From: Ramlibacter sp.
GTDB lineage: Bacteria > Pseudomonadota > Gammaproteobacteria > Burkholderiales > Burkholderiaceae_C
Reading direction: 5' to 3'
DNA: 64,000 nucleotides
NCBI RefSeq assembly: GCF_028291745.1
Contig: NZ_JAQGNQ010000028.1
Span: forward strand, 12,674 to 76,673
Of this stretch, positions 60,194 to 64,000 are shown one piece after another. The position numbers were made by a program, and so were the translations under genes. Numbering within the stretch: the stretch's first letter is position 1; the number at the start of each line of letters is the position of its first letter. Under the pieces are notes generated by a model. It was not told the origin of the DNA. It saw nothing but the letters and a program-made list of their open reading frames with translations, and made no database searches.

Positions 60194-61735
60194 GTGAGTT
60201 CCGCCGCCACGCCAGCACCCGCGGGGCCGCCGCCCTTTCGCCCCATCCCCGACCTCATCCGCGAACACGCGCAGCAGCAGCCCGAACGGCTGGCGCTGCG
60301 GCATGGGACCGCCCGCATGACCTGGGGCGAGCTGGGCGCGCAAGTGGATCGGGTGGCCGCCAGATTGCAGGCGCATGGCTTGCAGCCGCGGCAGAGCATC
60401 GCGCTCTGCGGCGCCAATTCGATTCCCTATGTCGTGCTGTTCCTCGGCGCACTGCGCGCAGGTCTGGCGGTCGCGCCGCTTCCCGCTGGGGCCACCGCCG
60501 ACCAGCTCGCCGGCATGGTCCGCGACAGCGGCGCGGGCGTGCTGTTCGTCGACGACTCGGTGCCGCCGCTGGCCGTGGACCTTCCGCGCATCCGCATCGA
60601 CCTGGAGCAGGGCGACGAGAGCCTGCCGGGGTGGCTGGGCGCAGCGACCGGCACGCCGCACCCGGTGCAGATCGCGCCGCAGTGGCCCTTCAACATCATC
60701 TATTCCTCGGGCACCACCGGCACGCCCAAGGGCATCGTGCAGCCGCACCAGATGCGCTGGGCGCACGTGGCCCGCGGCGAGAACTACGGGTATGGCCCGC
60801 ACGCCGTGGCGATGGTGGCGACCTCGCTGTGCTCCAACACCACGCTGGTGTCGGTGTTCCCCTGCCTCGCCAAGGGCGGCATGCTGGTGTTGACGCAAGG
60901 CCGTTTCGATCCGGCGGCCTGGCTGGCGCTGGCGCAGGAAGCGCGCGCGACCCATGCCATGCTCGTCCCGGTGCAATACCAGCGGCTGATGGCGCTGCCC
61001 GACTTCGATTGCTTCGATCTGTCGTCCTTCCACATGAAGTTCTGCACCAGCGCGCCGTTTGCGGCGCAGCTCAAGGCCGACATCCTGGCGCGCTGGCCGG
61101 GCGGACTGGTGGAGTACTACGGCATGACCGAGGGCGGCGGCACCTGCGTCCTGGAAGCGCACGGGTTTCCGGACAAGCTGGCCACGGTCGGCCGCCCTTC
61201 GGAGGGGCACGACATCCGCGTGATCGACGAAGCAGGCCGGGAGTTGCCGGCTGGTGCGATCGGCGAAGTGGTGGGACGCTCCGGCGCGATGATGACGGCC
61301 TACAACAATCAGCCGGCCAAGACCCGCGAGGCCGAGTGGTACGACCCGCAGGGACAGCGCTTCATCCGCACCGGCGATGTCGGCCGCTTCGACCAGGACG
61401 GTTTCCTGACGCTGATGGACCGCCGCAAGGACATGGTGATCAGCGGCGGCTTCAACATCTATCCGAGCGACCTCGAGGCGGTGTTGCGGCAGCACGCGGG
61501 CGTGGCCGACGTCGCGGTGGTCGGCGTGCCGTCGCCAGCCTGGGGCGAGACACCGGTGGCGTTCGTTGTGCCCGCAACCGAAGCGCCCGCGGCCGACGCA
61601 TTGCGCGCCTGGGCGAACGAGCGCCTGGGCAAGACGCAGCGGCTGGCGGACCTGCGCTACCTGCCCGAACTGCCGCGCAGCGACATCGGCAAGGTCTTGA
61701 AGCGGCAGTTGCGGGACGGCTACCGCCCGAATTGA
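60194..61735 (+). CDS. Class I adenylate-forming enzyme (acyl/aryl-CoA ligase, AMP-binding family)
   Basis: The AMP-binding motif is IIYSSGTTGTPKG. Further motifs are YGMTEGGG, TGDVGRFDQDGFLTLMDRRKD and ...PRSDIGKVLKR. The start is an in-frame GTG at 60194. Confidence 0.8.
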   Translation: MSSAATPAPAGPPPFRPIPDLIREHAQQQPERLALRHGTARMTWGELGAQVDRVAARLQAHGLQPRQSIALCGANSIPYVVLFLGALRAGLAVAPLPAGATADQLAGMVRDSGAGVLFVDDSVPPLAVDLPRIRIDLEQGDESLPGWLGAATGTPHPVQIAPQWPFNIIYSSGTTGTPKGIVQPHQMRWAHVARGENYGYGPHAVAMVATSLCSNTTLVSVFPCLAKGGMLVLTQGRFDPAAWLALAQEARATHAMLVPVQYQRLMALPDFDCFDLSSFHMKFCTSAPFAAQLKADILARWPGGLVEYYGMTEGGGTCVLEAHGFPDKLATVGRPSEGHDIRVIDEAGRELPAGAIGEVVGRSGAMMTAYNNQPAKTREAEWYDPQGQRFIRTGDVGRFDQDGFLTLMDRRKDMVISGGFNIYPSDLEAVLRQHAGVADVAVVGVPSPAWGETPVAFVVPATEAPAADALRAWANERLGKTQRLADLRYLPELPRSDIGKVLKRQLRDGYRPN

Positions 61736-61772
61736 TCGCCCCAGGCGTCGCGTCCACCCCACGGTCGCGCAC

Positions 61773-61814
61773 TTGCCCAAGCAATCACCGCCTTGACAGT
61801 ATTTGCCTAGGCAA
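61773..61814. promoter_or_regulatory. Two related palindromes, candidate MarR operators
   Basis: ttgcccaagcaa (61773-61784) is imperfect and ttgcctaggcaa (61803-61814) is perfect. The second lies inside the spacer of the predicted promoter. Confidence 0.45.
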
Positions 61815-61821
61815 GTATAGT
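61793..61821 (+). promoter_or_regulatory. Sigma70-type promoter of the marR-efflux operon
   Basis: It has ttgaca (61793-61798), a 17-nt spacer and tatagt (61816-61821). The marR ATG is only 11 nt downstream of the -10 box. Confidence 0.5.
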
Positions 61822-61831
61822 CCCGGCCTCC

Positions 61832-62335
61832 ATGCCTGACCGCACCTCCCGTCCCTCCGAGACCGTGTTCTACCGGCCGGAGAACTACCAGCCGGACCAG
61901 AGCGCCGCCTATTTGATGCGGCGCATCCTGAGCTGCATGGCCTCGGAAGTCGACGGCGCGCTGGAGCCACGGGGCCTCACCAGCGCGCAGTGGGTGCCCT
62001 TGTTCAAGCTGCACCTGGGGCTGGCCTCCACGGTCGCGGAGCTCGCGCGCGAATGCGACCTCGATGCGGGCGCCATGACGCGCCTGCTGGATCGCCTGGA
62101 AGCCAAGGGACTGCTCGCCCGCGTGCGCTCGTCCGAAGACCGCCGGGTGGTGAACCTCGAACTGACCCCGGAAGGCCGCGAGGCCGCGCGCCAGATTCCC
62201 GAGGTGCTGTGCAAGGTGCAGAACGCCTTCCTCCAGGGGCTGAGCGTGGAGGAATGGCAGCAATTGAAGGACCTGCTGCGTCGCGTGCTGGCCAACGGCA
62301 CGGCGCTGCAAGGCCACTCGCAGGACAAAGAATGA
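61832..62335 (+). CDS. MarR-family transcription regulator
   Basis: The winged-helix pattern is ...LTSAQWVPLFKLHLGLASTVAELARECDLDAGAMTRLLDRLEAKGLLARVRSSEDRRVVNLELT. Confidence 0.85.
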   Translation: MPDRTSRPSETVFYRPENYQPDQSAAYLMRRILSCMASEVDGALEPRGLTSAQWVPLFKLHLGLASTVAELARECDLDAGAMTRLLDRLEAKGLLARVRSSEDRRVVNLELTPEGREAARQIPEVLCKVQNAFLQGLSVEEWQQLKDLLRRVLANGTALQGHSQDKE

Positions 62336-63759
62336 AAATCACGATGATCAGCGGGCGCCTTGCCGGCGTCGCCGCGGCCCTGGCGCTGGCCGGCTGCGCC
62401 AACTTCTCCGGCATCGACCCGGAGGCGAAGCTGCGCGAAAGCGCGCCCCCGGCCACGGCCAGCGAGAACGTCGCGCCGGTGTCGGATCACTGGTGGACCG
62501 AGTTCGGCGACAGCAGGCTCGATGCGCTCGTCGACGAAGCGCTGCGCGGCAGCCCCAATCTGGGCGTGGCGCGTGCCCGCCTGCGCCGCGCGCAAGCCGC
62601 GGCCGACGTGCTGCGGGGCGCCGACCGGCCGCAGGTGAACGGCAGCTTCGACCTGACGCGCGAGCGCTTCTCCGAGAACGGCATCTTCCCGCCGCCGCTC
62701 GGGGGCTCGACCGTGGACCAGGTCAACCTGATGGCCAACTTCAGCTGGGAGCTGGACTTCTTCGGCAAGAACCAGGCAGCGCTCGAAGGCGCCGTTGGCG
62801 CGTCCCGCGCAGCCGAAGCCGACATCGCCGCGGCCCGCGTCGTGCTGGCCAGCAATGTCGCGCGTAGCTACTTTCAGCTGGTGCGGGTGCAGGAACAACT
62901 GGTCGTCGCGCGCCGTACGCTGACGCAGCGCGAAGAGCAGCTGCGCCTGGTGGGCCAGCGCGTGCGGGCCGGCCTCGACACCACGCTGGAGCAGCGGCAA
63001 AGCGAAGGCGCGCTGCCGGAAGCGCGCCAGCAGATCGAAGCCCTCGACGAGCAGGCGCAGGTCACGCGCAATGCGCTGGCGGCGCTGGTGGGCAGCAACG
63101 ACATGCCGAGCGTCGGCGACTTGCCGACGCTCGCGAAGTTGAACACGAGCACCGCGGTGCCGGCGCTGCCGGCCGACCTGGTGGCGCGCCGCCCCGACAT
63201 CGCCGCCGCGCGCTGGCGCGTGGAAGCGGCGAGCCAGGAAGTGAAGAGCTCCAAGGCGGAGTTTTATCCGAACATCAATCTCACCGCCTTCTTCGGCCTG
63301 TCCAGCCTCGGGCTCGACCGCCTGCTGAACGCCGGCAGCACGCAGTGGGGCGTCGGCCCGGCCGTGCGCCTGCCGATCTTCGATGCCGGCCGGCTGCGCG
63401 CCAACCTGCGCGGCAAGACGGCGGACCTCGATATCGCGATCGAGAGCTACAACGGCGCCGTGATCGAGGCCTTCCATGAGGCCGGCGACGCACTGGCCAG
63501 CCTGCGCTCCCTGGCGCGCCAGCAGGTCGAGCAGCGCCAGGCCGAGGCGGCCGCCGAAGGCGCCTACGACATCGCCGTGCAGCGCTATCGCGCCGGCCTC
63601 GGCACTTTCCTCAACGTGCTGACCGCCGAGAACTTCGTGCTGGCGCAGCGTCGCCTGGGCGTCGACCTGGCCGCCCGCGTGCTGGATGCGCGCGTCGCCC
63701 TCTATCGCGCCCTTGGCGGCGGCTACACGAGCGCCGACCCCACGGTCGCCGCCCACTGA
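62332..63759 (+). CDS. Efflux outer-membrane factor lipoprotein (NodT family)
   Basis: The lipobox is LALAGCA. Further patterns are WWTEFGDSRLDALVDEAL and ...YPNINLTAFFGLSS.... The ATG overlaps the marR stop (ATGA). Confidence 0.85.
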   Translation: MKITMISGRLAGVAAALALAGCANFSGIDPEAKLRESAPPATASENVAPVSDHWWTEFGDSRLDALVDEALRGSPNLGVARARLRRAQAAADVLRGADRPQVNGSFDLTRERFSENGIFPPPLGGSTVDQVNLMANFSWELDFFGKNQAALEGAVGASRAAEADIAAARVVLASNVARSYFQLVRVQEQLVVARRTLTQREEQLRLVGQRVRAGLDTTLEQRQSEGALPEARQQIEALDEQAQVTRNALAALVGSNDMPSVGDLPTLAKLNTSTAVPALPADLVARRPDIAAARWRVEAASQEVKSSKAEFYPNINLTAFFGLSSLGLDRLLNAGSTQWGVGPAVRLPIFDAGRLRANLRGKTADLDIAIESYNGAVIEAFHEAGDALASLRSLARQQVEQRQAEAAAEGAYDIAVQRYRAGLGTFLNVLTAENFVLAQRRLGVDLAARVLDARVALYRALGGGYTSADPTVAAH

Positions 63760-63779
63760 ATTCCAGGAAGAGATCCATC

Positions 63780-64000
63780 ATGAGCGAACAACAAGCCGTC
63801 GTCGCCGCGCCCCTGCAGCGTGGCAATCCCAAGCGCAAGAAGGCGCTGCTCACTCTCGCCGCGATCGTGGCCGTGGTCGGCCTGGTCTGGGGCGGCTACG
63901 AATGGCTGGTGGCCAGCCACTACGAGAGCACCGACAACGCCTACGTGCAAGGCAACGTCATCCAGATCACGCCCCAGGTGGGCGGCACGGTCATGTCGAT
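63780..64000 (+). CDS. HlyD/EmrA-type membrane fusion protein, 3' partial
   Basis: The translation reads MSEQQAVVAAPLQRGNPKRKKALLTLAAIVAVVGLVWGGYEWLVASHYESTDNAYVQGNVIQITPQVGG (EmrA-like N-terminus). It runs off the window end. Confidence 0.7.
   Translation, partial: MSEQQAVVAAPLQRGNPKRKKALLTLAAIVAVVGLVWGGYEWLVASHYESTDNAYVQGNVIQITPQVGGTVMS

Noticed and set aside
59675-62317. An 880-aa minus-strand ORF spanning the acyl-CoA ligase and MarR region
   Set aside because: Only its last 113 codons (59675-60016) have normal composition and an SD. The rest is antisense to well-supported plus-strand genes.

Overview
This is a very GC-rich, gene-dense chromosomal segment. It reads like core genome of a betaproteobacterium of the Burkholderiales/Comamonadaceae type. 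That placement is an inference from three things: gatCAB sits next to mreBCD-mrdA, there are several Bug/TctC-family binding proteins, and there are abundant REP-like palindromes. I can support about 62 protein-coding genes. Many adjacent genes show 1-8 nt stop/start overlaps. The supplied ORF track prints M for GTG/TTG starts, so several starts were re-set by reading the DNA. I did not recognise any rRNA, tRNA, CRISPR array, transposase, integrase or phage gene.

Gene order:
- partial ABC binding protein
- LemA-TPM-TPM operon
- small enzymes
- mreB-mreC-mreD-mrdA (no rodA downstream)
- gatCAB
- pyrE/xth
- ClC channel/bestrophin pair
- pldA
- rep
- AEC transporter
- PLD-type phospholipid synthase
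- Zn-ADH plus a tail-anchored hypothetical protein
- arginase
- large hybrid sensor kinase
- Crp-family regulator divergent from a membrane/[2Fe-2S]/class III cyclase, flanked by two DUF4148 genes
- a codon-atypical methyltransferase
- TctC / CoA-transferase / HMG-CoA-lyase-like / LysR / fused aconitase-family cluster
- Na+/H+ antiporter
- TctC / enoyl-CoA hydratase / hydrolase cluster
- cytochrome c peroxidase / MCP / cupredoxin / cytochrome c operon
- response regulator / histidine kinase / M15 peptidase facing a secreted-protein / SPFH / SH3-like operon
- acidic protein plus RecQ-family helicase
- acyl-CoA ligase
- MarR / outer-membrane factor / EmrA-like efflux genes

I consider three regions the best candidates for undescribed biology:
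- the envelope module at 50.8-57.9 kb
- the chemoreceptor embedded in a periplasmic redox operon at 47.2-50.6 kb
- the redox-cofactor cyclase plus Crp pair at 31.4-34.6 kb

At least three short palindromic repeat families sit in intergenic gaps. Inverted copies of one family bracket mreD inside the mre operon.
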